Counted from the stretch's first letter, positions 18,949-28,623 are shown. The stretch is DNA of 64,000 nt from an uncultured Gammaproteobacteria bacterium (GCA_964404275.1 CAYOJH010000004.1:5172-69171); one strand, 5' to 3'. Program-made: numbers and translations. The notes: generated by a model from the sequence alone, not told the origin.

Positions 18949-20343
18949 ATGAACCTTCGCACGCGCTTCGCCGCCGCCGTCCTCCTGGCCGCTTTGGTCG
19001 TGAGCGGCGCCGGCTGCTTCTCGGCCAGCGTCACCGCGCCGCCAGCTTCGTCAAAACCGATCACGCTCACCTATTGGCGCGTGCTTGATGACGGCGACGC
19101 GTTCGACGAGATCATCAGCGCCTATCGCGCGCTGCATCCGAACGTGACGATCAATTACCGCAAGCTGCGGCTCGACGAATACGAGAACGCGCTGGTCAAC
19201 GCGCTGGCGGAAGACCGCGGCCCGGACATTCTCTCGGTGCATAACGACTGGATGCGCGCCTATCAGCCCAAGCTCCTGCCCGCGCCCGCCTCGGTCAAAC
19301 TCGCCTTCCGCGAAGTCCAGGGCATCCAGAAAAATCAGGTCTGGGTCGAAAAGACGCTGCCGATGATCACGCCCGCGCAGGTCAAAGACCAGTTCGTCGA
19401 CCAGGTCGGGCACGACGTCGTCATCAAAGGCCCGGCGAGCGATCCGAAGAAAGGCATCGTCGACCAGCTCTGGGGCTTGCCGATGGCGCTCGACACGATG
19501 GTGCTCTATTACAACAAGGACGTCCTGAACGCCGCCGGCATCCCGACGCCAGCCACGACCTGGGCCGAATTCCAGGATCACGTGAAGCGCCTGACGAAAT
19601 ACGACAGCCAAGGCAAGCTGGTCAAGCCGGCCGCCGGCATCGGCACCTCGCAGAACGTCGAGCGCTCGTTCGATCTTCTCTCGCTTCTCATGATGCAGAA
19701 CGGCGCGCAGATGGCGGACGGGAACGGCCTGCCGACCTTCAACCGCACGCCGGCGGACATGACCCGCGACACCCCGCCGGGCGACGAAGCCCTGATCTTC
19801 TACACGGACTTCGCCAACCCTTCCAAGGAAGTCTTCACCTGGGACGACACCCAGCCGAATTCCTACGACGCCTTCGTGTCCGGCAAAACCGCCTACTTCT
19901 TCGGCTACGCCTACCACCTGCCGATGATCCGCGCCCAGGCGCCGAAACTGAATTTCGGCATCGCCAACATCCCGCAGATCGATCCGGCCAACAAAGTGAA
20001 CTTCGCCAACTACTGGGTCGAAGCGGTCTCGAAGAAGACGAAGTATCCCGATGTGGCCTGGGACTTCCTCCAGTTCGCCGCCAAGGCCGACCAAGCCAAG
20101 ACGTATCTGGCCAAAACGGGTCGGCCGACGGCCCTCCGCAGCCTGGTCAACACCCAGCTGTCCGATCCCGATCTCGGCGTCTTCGCCTCGCAGGTCCTGA
20201 CCGCCAAGAGCTGGTACCAGGGCGCGAACATCAAGGCGACTGAATCCGCCTTCGACGAGATGATCGACACGACCCTGGCCGGCACCCCGCCCGAACGCGC
20301 CACCGACCTGGCGGCCCAGACGATCGCGCAGACGGTGCACTGA
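18949..20343 (+). CDS. Extracellular solute-binding lipoprotein (family 1-like)
   Basis: Lipobox GAGC; GPDI; LYYNKD; TWAEF; AWDFL. Confidence 0.85.
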   Translation: MNLRTRFAAAVLLAALVVSGAGCFSASVTAPPASSKPITLTYWRVLDDGDAFDEIISAYRALHPNVTINYRKLRLDEYENALVNALAEDRGPDILSVHNDWMRAYQPKLLPAPASVKLAFREVQGIQKNQVWVEKTLPMITPAQVKDQFVDQVGHDVVIKGPASDPKKGIVDQLWGLPMALDTMVLYYNKDVLNAAGIPTPATTWAEFQDHVKRLTKYDSQGKLVKPAAGIGTSQNVERSFDLLSLLMMQNGAQMADGNGLPTFNRTPADMTRDTPPGDEALIFYTDFANPSKEVFTWDDTQPNSYDAFVSGKTAYFFGYAYHLPMIRAQAPKLNFGIANIPQIDPANKVNFANYWVEAVSKKTKYPDVAWDFLQFAAKADQAKTYLAKTGRPTALRSLVNTQLSDPDLGVFASQVLTAKSWYQGANIKATESAFDEMIDTTLAGTPPERATDLAAQTIAQTVH

Positions 20344-20358
20344 CAACTCTCCGCATCC

Positions 20359-20456
20359 ACAACTCCCCCTGCCCCCTCTTTAGCAAAGAGGGGGTTTTGG
20401 TTAAAAAATGTCCTCCCCTTTGCTAAAGGGGAGGTGCCGAAGGCGGAGGGGTTGTG
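20359..20456. repeat. Composite palindromic element (family D)
   Basis: ccccctctttagcaaagaggggg, cctcccctttgctaaaggggagg and gccgaaggcggaggggttgt. Confidence 0.8.
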
Positions 20457-20472
20457 TTACACTATTTTCACT

Positions 20473-21105
20473 ATGAAGCGTTTTCTCCGCGTCGCCTTGC
20501 CCGTCGCGCTCGTGCTCGTTCCGGTGGCCGTTTCGGCCATCACGATCCTGCCTCCTTGCACGGCCACGGGCGATTGCGGCGTGACGGATATCCTGGCCGT
20601 GCTGGTCAACGTGGCCGAATACCTGCTGGGCATTTCGGGCGCGGTCGCGCTGGCGATGTTCGTCTACGGCGGCTTCACCTTCGTGCTCGCGGCCGGCGAT
20701 AAAACGAAAGTCGGCAAGGCGATCGGCATCCTGAAGAGCGCGGTCATCGGCATCGCCATCATTTTCCTCTCCGGCGTGATCGTGCGCTTCGCGACGAAAG
20801 CGCTGACCGGCGGCAGCTCGGCCATCCCGACCGTCGGCGAGAACTGCGACCCCATCTCGAAAAAGAGCGCGTCGGGAGGAGCCGGCCTCTGGATTTCCGT
20901 GCCGCCCGGCGTCGACGACAACGGCAAGCTCTTGCCGGAACAGTTGATGTGCATCCACAAGAAAGGCGGCTGCGCGGAACTTCAAGGCGTGCTGACCAGC
21001 CGGCATCGATTGGAAAAATATTCTTGCAAAGCGATCAACACCGCCGCGAGCTGCGTGCGCAGCCTATGCCCAGAGCAAGGCGCCGACTACGCCTGCTGCC
21101 TCTGA
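20473..21105 (+). CDS. TrbC/VirB2-like pilin with a C-terminal Cys-rich domain
   Basis: LLGISGAVAL..FVYGGF..LAAGD....K....AVIG pilin core followed by a Cys-rich tail. Confidence 0.8.
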   Translation: MKRFLRVALPVALVLVPVAVSAITILPPCTATGDCGVTDILAVLVNVAEYLLGISGAVALAMFVYGGFTFVLAAGDKTKVGKAIGILKSAVIGIAIIFLSGVIVRFATKALTGGSSAIPTVGENCDPISKKSASGGAGLWISVPPGVDDNGKLLPEQLMCIHKKGGCAELQGVLTSRHRLEKYSCKAINTAASCVRSLCPEQGADYACCL

Positions 21106-21106
21106 T

Positions 21107-22117
21107 ATGAAACGCCTTTCCGTATGTATCGCCGCGATCGTCTTCGGACTTTCTTTGGCGCCGGCGGCCTTCGCCCTCACTCTCCCTTGCTATTGCAAAT
21201 ACGGGGCGAGCAAGGCCGGCTGGGATTCGGATTCGGCGCGTTTCTGCCCGAATGAAACGTATTTCTCGGGTACCGTCGATGCCGGCACGTTCCCGCTCTC
21301 CTATGGCAGCACGGCTGACGACAACTGCCAGGCGCGTTGCGCCTCGGAGGGATCCGCCTTTGTCGATATTACGACCGTTTCTCCGAGTCAGTGGGCTTCC
21401 TTCGGGAGTTCAGACAACCTGGTGCTGGCGGAAAAAAGCTACTGCGTGCTCCGCTCGGACAGCGCCGCGACGGTCCAAGGCTGGTCTTCCAGCTACTTGA
21501 GCTGCAAAAAACCGCTCAACAGCATCGTCTATAAGGACAATCCGACCGGCCAGGTTCCGGACAGCTGCTCGTATTGCTTCTGCAAGTTCAAGACGGGCGG
21601 CTCGACGCCCTCGAGCTGCAGCGGAAAAACGACGATGGTCCACATCACCGGCGACGCGAGCACGTGTTCGAACATCTGCACGAGCTTCGGCCTCGACAAC
21701 GGCGACAGCACGAAAGACTACGGCAGCCATTGCGATTTCCAGCTTTCCGACCAGTGCGCGAAGCCGCTTAACCCCGACGGGAGCGGCTGCCAGTCCGAGC
21801 TCGGGGCCATTTCCGATCAGAAGAAAGCCGACGCCTTCCAGGCCAGCCATGGCACCGCGCTCGGTTTGACGCTGCCGCTCGGCGACATCACCTTTCCGCA
21901 GCTGATCGGCCGCGTCATCAAGCAGCTGCTCGGCATCGTCGGCGCCTTGGCGCTCGTCTTCTTCATCTGGGGCGGCCTCAAATACATGACGGCCCAAGGC
22001 GACGACAAGAAAATCAAAGAGGCGCGCGACATGATCGTCGCCGCCATTTCCGGCTTGGCCGCGATCTTCCTGTCCTACGCGCTCCTGACACTGCTCATCA
22101 ATACGCTGTCGAAATAG
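21107..22117 (+). CDS. TrbC/VirB2-like pilin with a large N-terminal Cys-rich domain
   Basis: Two CxC(K)-initiated Cys-rich repeats, then LLGIVGALAL..FIWGGLKYMTAQGD. Confidence 0.8.
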   Translation: MKRLSVCIAAIVFGLSLAPAAFALTLPCYCKYGASKAGWDSDSARFCPNETYFSGTVDAGTFPLSYGSTADDNCQARCASEGSAFVDITTVSPSQWASFGSSDNLVLAEKSYCVLRSDSAATVQGWSSSYLSCKKPLNSIVYKDNPTGQVPDSCSYCFCKFKTGGSTPSSCSGKTTMVHITGDASTCSNICTSFGLDNGDSTKDYGSHCDFQLSDQCAKPLNPDGSGCQSELGAISDQKKADAFQASHGTALGLTLPLGDITFPQLIGRVIKQLLGIVGALALVFFIWGGLKYMTAQGDDKKIKEARDMIVAAISGLAAIFLSYALLTLLINTLSK

Positions 22118-22118
22118 T

Positions 22119-22487
22119 ATGAAACGCAAGATTGCCCGCCTTCTCTCGACGCTCGTCATCTTCGCCGCAAGCGCGTCCGGAGCCTTGGCCGATACCGGTT
22201 CAAGTGCCACGAGTTCCTCCGACAAGACCGTCAGATTGGTGAATCCGCTTAACGTTTCGACGGTGCCCCAGCTCGTGGCCAACCTGCTCAAGGCCGCCAT
22301 GGGGATCATCGGCGCCTTGGCACTCTTGGTCTTCATCTACGGGGGATTCATTTGGTTGACCTCGGGAGGCGAGGCTGGTAAAATTCAGGCAGGCAAAGAC
22401 GCCATGAAGTGGGCGGCGATCGGACTCGTCGTGATCTTCACCAGTTACGCGCTCGTCAGTTTCGTGTTCAAAGCGATAACGGGCTAA
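22119..22487 (+). CDS. TrbC/VirB2-like pilin
   Basis: LVNPL...IYGGFIWLTSGG....AAIGLVVIFTSYA. Confidence 0.85.
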   Translation: MKRKIARLLSTLVIFAASASGALADTGSSATSSSDKTVRLVNPLNVSTVPQLVANLLKAAMGIIGALALLVFIYGGFIWLTSGGEAGKIQAGKDAMKWAAIGLVVIFTSYALVSFVFKAITG

Positions 22488-22509
22488 CGCCTGAAAGGAG
22501 GTGAGTTGC

Positions 22510-22899
22510 ATGACGAAAAAAACGCTTATCAAGGGTCTGATCAGCACGGCAATGGTTGCGACAATGGCGCTCCCCATGGTCGCTTTGGCTCAAAACCCCG
22601 TGACGTCCAACGAACTTCTGCCCGGCCAGATCGCCACCGAGCTCGGCCAGCAGCAGCAGGACCTGCGCATCACCATCGCGAGAATCATCCGCACGGCCAT
22701 GAGCCTTCTGGGCATCGTCGCCGTTCTGATCATTCTGTACGGCGGCTTCAAGTGGATGACCTCCGGCGGATCCGACGAAGCCACGGGCGACGCGAAGAAG
22801 ATCATTACGGCCGGCGTGATCGGTCTCGTGATCATTCTGACCGCGTACGCGATCGCTTCCTTCGTGATCAACAGCCTCGTAACCGCGACCTCCCAGTAA
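22510..22899 (+). CDS. TrbC/VirB2-like pilin (candidate major subunit)
   Basis: Strong AAAGGAGG SD; LYGGFKWMTSGG...GVIGLVIILTAYAI. Confidence 0.85.
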   Translation: MTKKTLIKGLISTAMVATMALPMVALAQNPVTSNELLPGQIATELGQQQQDLRITIARIIRTAMSLLGIVAVLIILYGGFKWMTSGGSDEATGDAKKIITAGVIGLVIILTAYAIASFVINSLVTATSQ

Positions 22900-22911
22900 C
22901 GCATCTTTACG

Positions 22912-22982
22912 CGACCCTGCACCGTATGGTGCAGGGTCGTCGCAAGGACTCGGGAAATGCCCTGCACCGTACGGTGCAGGGC
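22912..22982. repeat. Two tandem family B palindromes inside the pilin array
   Basis: cgaccctgcaccgtatggtgcagggtcg (22912-22939) and gccctgcaccgtacggtgcagggc (22959-22982). Confidence 0.85.
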
Positions 22983-23013
22983 GCCTCCGGACTCCTTGAA
23001 CCTCGAACCACGT

Positions 23014-23514
23014 ATGCGCTTGAAACGCATTCTCCTCCCCGCGCTCTGCCTGGCGGCGACCGCCCTGATGGCGATCCCGCTCGCCCACGCAGCCAGCGAC
23101 CATTTCGGACTCGACACCGCCGCCGGCGGCGCCGGCCTCAAGAATCTGGACTTGCCGACGACGATCGGCGTCCTGATCAAGAGCGTGCTCAGCTTCCTCG
23201 GCATCCTCTTCCTGGTACTCACGCTCTACGCCGGCTTCCTCTACATGACGGCCCAAGGCGACGAGAAGAAGGTCGCCAAGGCCAAGAGCATCGTGACCGG
23301 CGCGGTCATCGGCCTGGTCATCATCGCCGCCTCCTACGCGATCACGAGCTTCGTCCTCGGCGCGATCACCGGCACCGCGAGCACGTCCAACACCTCGAAC
23401 ACTTCCAATACGTCGACGATCGGCACGGTCCAGAAAGGCGGCGCGTGCACGAGCGGAAGCGATTGCGCCGCCGGCCTGATCTGCGACATCGGAGGATCCA
23501 ATACCTGCATCTGA
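23014..23514 (+). CDS. TrbC/VirB2-like pilin with an S/T/N linker and a 4-Cys tail
   Basis: LYAGFLYMTAQGDEKKV; STSNTSNTSNT; CTSGSDCAAGLIC...C. Confidence 0.85.
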   Translation: MRLKRILLPALCLAATALMAIPLAHAASDHFGLDTAAGGAGLKNLDLPTTIGVLIKSVLSFLGILFLVLTLYAGFLYMTAQGDEKKVAKAKSIVTGAVIGLVIIAASYAITSFVLGAITGTASTSNTSNTSNTSTIGTVQKGGACTSGSDCAAGLICDIGGSNTCI

Positions 23515-23515
23515 T

Positions 23516-23854
23516 ATGCGCACTCTCCACAAACTCGCCCAGGACTTCGGAGCCGGAAATCTCAAAACCGTCGGCGATACGGCCAAGATCACCTCGAACG
23601 TCACGCTGCCCGTCCTGATCGGCAACCTGATCCGCACGTTCATCGGGCTCCTCGGCATCATCTTCCTCCTGCTCACGGTCTACGCCGGTTTCCTCTGGCT
23701 GACGGCCCAAGGCGACGAGAAGAAGGTCGAGCATGCCAAAGGCCTGCTCAAGAACGCCGTGATCGGCCTCGTGATCATCGCCGCCGCCTACGCCATCTCC
23801 GCCTTCGTCGTCAACGCGCTCGCCCACGTGGCCGGCGGCACGAATCCCACCTAA
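23516..23854 (+). CDS. TrbC/VirB2-like pilin
   Basis: VYAGFLWLTAQGDEKKV...AVIGLVII. Confidence 0.85.
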   Translation: MRTLHKLAQDFGAGNLKTVGDTAKITSNVTLPVLIGNLIRTFIGLLGIIFLLLTVYAGFLWLTAQGDEKKVEHAKGLLKNAVIGLVIIAAAYAISAFVVNALAHVAGGTNPT

Positions 23855-23876
23855 CCTCGCTCATCATTTACCTTCT

Positions 23877-24299
23877 ATGGCGAAAAAAATCCTTCTGGGG
23901 CTGCTCTCGCTCCTGACCGTCGGCCAAATGGCCTTGGCCGCGCTGCCCGCCGGCGCGCAGGCTCCCTGCGATCCTTCGACCGGCAACTCGCTCGGCTGTC
24001 TCAGCGCCGCGAATCCCAGCAACACGCCGACCGACGCGGTCACGGCCGGCCAGCAGCTGCCGCTCCTGATCGGACGCCTCATCCGCACGATGCTCGGTCT
24101 CCTCGGCATCATCTTCCTGGTCCTGATGGTCTACGCCGGCTTCCTCTGGATGACGGCCCGCGGCGATGACGAACCCGTCACGAAAGCCAAAGACATCATC
24201 CGCCAGGCGATCATCGGCCTCATCATCGTCTTCGTCGCCTACGCCTTGACCGGCTTCATCATCAACGCGGTGCTCCGCGCCACCTCGGGAACGCCATAA
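23877..24299 (+). CDS. TrbC/VirB2-like pilin
   Basis: VYAGFLWMTARGD...AIIGLII. Confidence 0.85.
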   Translation: MAKKILLGLLSLLTVGQMALAALPAGAQAPCDPSTGNSLGCLSAANPSNTPTDAVTAGQQLPLLIGRLIRTMLGLLGIIFLVLMVYAGFLWMTARGDDEPVTKAKDIIRQAIIGLIIVFVAYALTGFIINAVLRATSGTP

Positions 24300-24314
24300 A
24301 CGCTGAAAAAGAAG

Positions 24315-24344
24315 AACGACCCGCTGTAGAGGCGGGTCGTTTTA
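24315..24344. terminator. Bidirectional terminator
   Basis: aacgacccgc-tgtagag-gcgggtcgtt between convergent genes. Confidence 0.7.
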
Positions 24345-24362
24345 TTTCTGAGAGCGTCGGTT

Positions 24363-24986
24363 CTAGGGGAAGTAGAGCTCGGTGACGGGGTTGTTCCACC
24401 ACGTCACGTTGCGATCCTCCATGTTGGCCGTCTGGGTGTAGGTCTTGTCCGGCGACGGATCGAGCTGAGGCCGTTGCCTGGTGCCGATGTTTCGATACGT
24501 CTCGGCGGTCACTTTGGGGTGACGTTCCCAGCCGGTCTCGACGTAGCAGACCTGGCCGGGTGCCAGGACCGATTCGCCGGTCGCGGGATGCCGGAGGCCG
24601 TTGTCGATGAGCACGGGGCGCCCATCGACCTGGAAGGCCAGGAACGTGTTCAGGTCCGCGCCGTGGCAGTTGCCGCCGCCATCGCGCGCGTTGTCGTCGC
24701 AGACCTCGTTGTCCAGCTTGAGCTTTCGCCCGAGCCGCACTTGGCGAGGATCGCCGCCGGCCACGCAGAGATAGGCCTGGACCTGGCCGCGCGCGACCGT
24801 GGTTGCGGTCACGACGTTGCCTCCCTCGTTCTGAATGGGCATGGCCACGGGCGGCGACGGATTCTGCATCGGCAGCGGCGAGCGGAGCTGCGCCATCTCG
24901 GAAGTCGGCGCGGTCGCTTGCTGCGGAGCTTGCGCATAGCAGGCGGCCGCGAACATCGCGATCAGGATGAGCGTGATCTTCTTCAT
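24363..24986 (-). CDS. Putative lipoprotein
   Basis: AAGGAGG SD; MKKITLILIAMFAAAC lipobox. Confidence 0.75.
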   Translation of the reverse strand: MKKITLILIAMFAAACYAQAPQQATAPTSEMAQLRSPLPMQNPSPPVAMPIQNEGGNVVTATTVARGQVQAYLCVAGGDPRQVRLGRKLKLDNEVCDDNARDGGGNCHGADLNTFLAFQVDGRPVLIDNGLRHPATGESVLAPGQVCYVETGWERHPKVTAETYRNIGTRQRPQLDPSPDKTYTQTANMEDRNVTWWNNPVTELYFP

Positions 24987-24988
24987 GG

Positions 24989-25603
24989 TCAGTCCTCCTT
25001 GGCGGGTGCGAGGGGCGCTTTCGCAGCGGTCTTCCTCAGCTCTTCGGTGCAGGATTGCACCTCGAGCGCGCGTTCCTTCTCGTTCTTGATGTCCTCCGGG
25101 TGGGCCAGCACCTGTTGGCACTGGACCTCGACGGACTTCTTCACGACCGGCACGAGCGTGTTCGTCTTCTTCTCGACTTGGGCGAGACGATCTTGCATCT
25201 CGCTGATGTCGACGGGCGGTCCGGACGCGGGCGCGTACGAACCGTTCGGCGGCGCGACGGGCGCGACGTACGAACCGATCGCGTTCGGTGCGTAGGCGGT
25301 CATGGTCTCGGGACCGGCGCAATGATCGGGGTTCAGGACGCATCCCGAGCCGCCGATGCCGCCGATGCCGCCGATCATGCCGTAACCGCCGTAGCCGTAT
25401 CCCGTCAGACCCGGATCGCCGATCACGAAGGGAATGCCGGCGCCGAACTGCTGACCGGAAGCATTGGTGGTCACCGTGCTGGTGACGTGGTTCCGGGACG
25501 GGTCGGCATCGTAGGAGAACGTCGTGGACGACGACGCGCGTCCGGCCCCGTAGAGGCAACCGGTCATGAACAGGGAGGCGAGAAACAGGCACACGTTGCG
25601 CAT
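24989..25603 (-). CDS. Putative Gly-rich lipoprotein
   Basis: LFMTGC lipobox; GYGYGGYGMIGGIGGIGG; C-terminal helical region. Confidence 0.7.
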   Translation of the reverse strand: MRNVCLFLASLFMTGCLYGAGRASSSTTFSYDADPSRNHVTSTVTTNASGQQFGAGIPFVIGDPGLTGYGYGGYGMIGGIGGIGGSGCVLNPDHCAGPETMTAYAPNAIGSYVAPVAPPNGSYAPASGPPVDISEMQDRLAQVEKKTNTLVPVVKKSVEVQCQQVLAHPEDIKNEKERALEVQSCTEELRKTAAKAPLAPAKED

Positions 25604-25668
25604 GACGGATCCTTTCGGGTGTTTTTCGACGCCCCAGCGAGGCCTTTTGCCTCATTCTGGAACGAGTC

Positions 25669-25697
25669 ACTATAGCATAAAAAGGTGGTTTTGTCAA
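25669..25697 (-). promoter_or_regulatory. Sigma70-type promoter with extended -10
   Basis: TTGACA-17 nt-TATAGT with TG extension. Confidence 0.65.
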
Positions 25698-25730
25698 TGA
25701 GCTTGGACAGGCGGAACGTCTCCGCGGCCA

Positions 25731-25830
25731 ACAACTCCCCCTGCCCCCTCTTTAGCAAAGAGGGGGTTTTTAAATGTCCTCCCCTTTGCTAAAGGGGAGG
25801 TGCCCGAAGGGCGGAGGGGTTGTGGCCGCG
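25731..25830. repeat. Composite palindromic element (family D)
   Basis: Near-identical to 20359-20456, same orientation. Confidence 0.8.
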
Positions 25831-25926
25831 GGGGGCACAGGGGGTGAGTCTTGAAAATAAGAACGCCTGCCGGGGTGAGCGGCAGGCGTGGATCTAAGAA
25901 AGGAGCGTAAGGAACGGCTGGAGGAA

Positions 25927-27222
25927 TCAGAGCTCGTCGAGCTTCTGCAGGCCTTGGCCTAGAGAATCGACGCGTTGCGGCGCGGGCGGCGGAGGCATCG
26001 GCTTGGTCTGGATGACCGGCCGGGGCGCCTCGTACGGCTTCGTCGCGACGCTGCTCGAGCTTGCGCTCGGCAGCGGCAGCGGCGTGCTTTGCGGCATCCC
26101 TCGCAGGGACGCGCCGCTTTCGATCGACGGACGGTTCTCTTTCTTCTTTCCGCCGATCGAATCGAACTTCTTCTCGATGTCTTCAAGCGTCTGGTCGCCG
26201 TCATGTCCCGTCAGTCCCTTCCACGACACCCCGCTGTCTGTCTTGTAGAGCAAGAAGACGACGAGGATGACGGAAAGGATGCCGACGATCTTGGCGGCTT
26301 GGAACCACGTGCCTTTCTTCTCTTTATCCTTCGTGAACGCGCCCTTGAGGAGCATCGCCGCGGGGATCAGGAGAATCAGACCGACGGCCCACTCGGCGTT
26401 GTTGCGCGCCGAGAACCACTCATCGAGGCGGCTGAAGCTTGCGCTCCCGAAGGAGTTGGGAAACAGCTCGCTGACGATGAAGACCGTGACGAAGGCCAGG
26501 AAGGCGATGATGCTCACCCACTTGACCTTTTCGATGATCGGACCGACTTCCGCGTTCTGGTGGATGACCGCCAGGATCGCCGGCATGGCGATGGCCGCCA
26601 TGATGACGATCAGGCCGAGCGATTTCCACGAGACGAAGAAGATGAACGGAAGGAAGGCGGCATTCATGAGCACGAGCAGAGCGAAGCTCGACTTGTACTT
26701 CTGATGCAGCGACTTCATTTCTTCCCGTTTCTCCGAAGCCTTGATCTCGATCTTCGATCCATCCGGCGACTTGAGCTTCAGGATCGCTTTGATCCGATCG
26801 GACTCGAGGACGGAGGTGAAGACGAAGGACAAGCGATCGCCGAGCGCGTAGAGACCGATGCAGAGCAGCGTCAGCATGAGTACGCCCGAGGCCGCCAGCA
26901 TCTGGCCGACGAACGGGTAGCCCATCTGCTGTTTCGCCAGGATCCCGGCGCACAGGAGCGCGAGGCTGAAGAGGAACCAGCGGCGGACGAAGCGGCGGAA
27001 GGCGGGCCAGTATTCGATCCACCATTCCGCGGCCATCCGATAGCCGTCCTCCGCCAGGGCGTAGCCGAGTTCGCCGAGCTTTTTGACCGCTTTCCAAAGG
27101 GCGGGAAGGCCCTTCTTGGCGATCTTCTGCTGCGGCAGCACCAGGAACAGGCCGATGATCACGATCAATTTCGCGACGTGATCGACGTACCTGTCGAGAA
27201 AACCGGTTTTCTTGTCAGCCAC
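25927..27222 (-). CDS. Hypothetical multi-pass membrane protein
   Basis: About 8 hydrophobic helices; Pro-rich C-terminus; GTG start with AAAGG. Confidence 0.75.
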   Translation of the reverse strand: MADKKTGFLDRYVDHVAKLIVIIGLFLVLPQQKIAKKGLPALWKAVKKLGELGYALAEDGYRMAAEWWIEYWPAFRRFVRRWFLFSLALLCAGILAKQQMGYPFVGQMLAASGVLMLTLLCIGLYALGDRLSFVFTSVLESDRIKAILKLKSPDGSKIEIKASEKREEMKSLHQKYKSSFALLVLMNAAFLPFIFFVSWKSLGLIVIMAAIAMPAILAVIHQNAEVGPIIEKVKWVSIIAFLAFVTVFIVSELFPNSFGSASFSRLDEWFSARNNAEWAVGLILLIPAAMLLKGAFTKDKEKKGTWFQAAKIVGILSVILVVFLLYKTDSGVSWKGLTGHDGDQTLEDIEKKFDSIGGKKKENRPSIESGASLRGMPQSTPLPLPSASSSSVATKPYEAPRPVIQTKPMPPPPAPQRVDSLGQGLQKLDEL

Positions 27223-27234
27223 GGGAACCGCCTT

Positions 27235-28386
27235 TCAGTGGGGCAGAAGGTTGTAAGAGTGGAGCATCCAGCAGACCGCGACAATCGCCGCGAGTCCGAA
27301 GAACACGATCCGATTCCGCGAGCTGGCGCGGCGAGCGTTGTCCGCTTGCTGCGCTTTGCGCGCGGCGGTGCGATCCTTGCGGATCTTCGCATCGCGGCGC
27401 ACGCGCGCGGCGAGACCTCCGATCCAATCACCGGCCTTGTCGATCTGCTCGAACAGGCTGTCGATCATCTCTTCGGTCTCTTTCAGTTCGCGCTCGAGCA
27501 TCGACTTGGACGGCTCGGTCTTTCCGAGATAGTCGTCCAGCCAATCGTGCCATTCCGCGCACGGCTGACGCAGCACGTAGCGGAAGTCCTCGTAGTTGTC
27601 GCGACCGTGGAACGCCTCGTAGAATTTCATCTTGAGGCCGTGATCCTCGTCCGTCATGATCCGATACGGACCGGGGACGAAGCCGTCGCCGACGACGATC
27701 TTCTGGAACTGCGTCGGCTCCTCTTGATGGGACCGGCGCAGGTGCGCGTAGAGCGACGGGCCGCTCGGCTTCGGCGCGGGCGTTTCCGCCTTCGCTTCGG
27801 CCTTGGGCTCTCCCTTTCGGACGCTTGTCGCGACGGTCGCGGCAATCTCCGTGGCGGGATCGAGGCATCCGTTGCGACAGACGTTGTGGCCGCGTTTGAG
27901 CGCGTCCTCGAGCGTAATGTCGTCCGGACCTTTCTCGCCTTTTCCGAAGCGCGGCCGCTGCACATGCGTGCAGTTCGCGGGATACCAGATCCCGTTGACC
28001 ACGTATCCCTTGCGTTGGGACTGCTCATCGCCGACCGGCGGCTTCTCGTCAGACTTGGCTGCGGCCGCCTTCTTGGCGAGCGCTTCCTTGAGACCGCGGC
28101 CAACTTCGTCGAGCATGTCGTTCGCGTAGTTGCACATCTCGTCGCCGATCGCTCCATCCGGGAAGATCGAGCGGTCGACTTGGAAGATGCCGGCGGCGAT
28201 CTCAATGATGCTGCCGGGGATCTTCTCGAGCAGGCTCTTGAACGCTTTGACGATGCCGGCGGGCCACTTGAGACCCCGCTTTTCGAGCTCGGTCTCCAGG
28301 TTCTGGAGCAGGGCCGGTATCCGGCGCCCGAGTTCCTGCGAAAAGTCCTCGGCCTTGAGCTTGAAGGCTTGGGTGACGTCGATCAT
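27235..28386 (-). CDS. Hypothetical protein with a C-terminal TM anchor
   Basis: GGAGG SD before MIDVTQ; C..H and CxxxC residues; C-terminal TM. Confidence 0.7.
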   Translation of the reverse strand: MIDVTQAFKLKAEDFSQELGRRIPALLQNLETELEKRGLKWPAGIVKAFKSLLEKIPGSIIEIAAGIFQVDRSIFPDGAIGDEMCNYANDMLDEVGRGLKEALAKKAAAAKSDEKPPVGDEQSQRKGYVVNGIWYPANCTHVQRPRFGKGEKGPDDITLEDALKRGHNVCRNGCLDPATEIAATVATSVRKGEPKAEAKAETPAPKPSGPSLYAHLRRSHQEEPTQFQKIVVGDGFVPGPYRIMTDEDHGLKMKFYEAFHGRDNYEDFRYVLRQPCAEWHDWLDDYLGKTEPSKSMLERELKETEEMIDSLFEQIDKAGDWIGGLAARVRRDAKIRKDRTAARKAQQADNARRASSRNRIVFFGLAAIVAVCWMLHSYNLLPH

Positions 28387-28491
28387 GGGAATTCCTCCAG
28401 TTGTCAAAGGCCGGATCCGGCCTTTTCCTTGCGGAAATGGGCCGAATGCCACGTCTCTGACAGGCGAAACGCCCGTCATCGTGGACCGAGC

Positions 28492-28520
28492 ACTCTAGCA
28501 CAAAAAGGCTATTTTGTCAA
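28492..28520 (-). promoter_or_regulatory. Sigma70-type promoter with extended -10
   Basis: TTGACA-17 nt-TAGAGT with TG extension. Confidence 0.6.
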
Positions 28521-28623
28521 GGTTCTTTGACATTACTTTTGGCCCGTTTTGAGCTGAAAATTTCTTGCTCCCCGCCTGAAAAGGCGGTACAGTGGAGATG
28601 CCGATTATTCTTATCTCAAGGAT

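Noticed and set aside
20473-24299. Conjugative T4SS or diversity-generating retroelement target
   Set aside because: No VirB4, VirD4 or relaxase is present, and there is no reverse transcriptase or adenine-specific TR/VR pair in the window.
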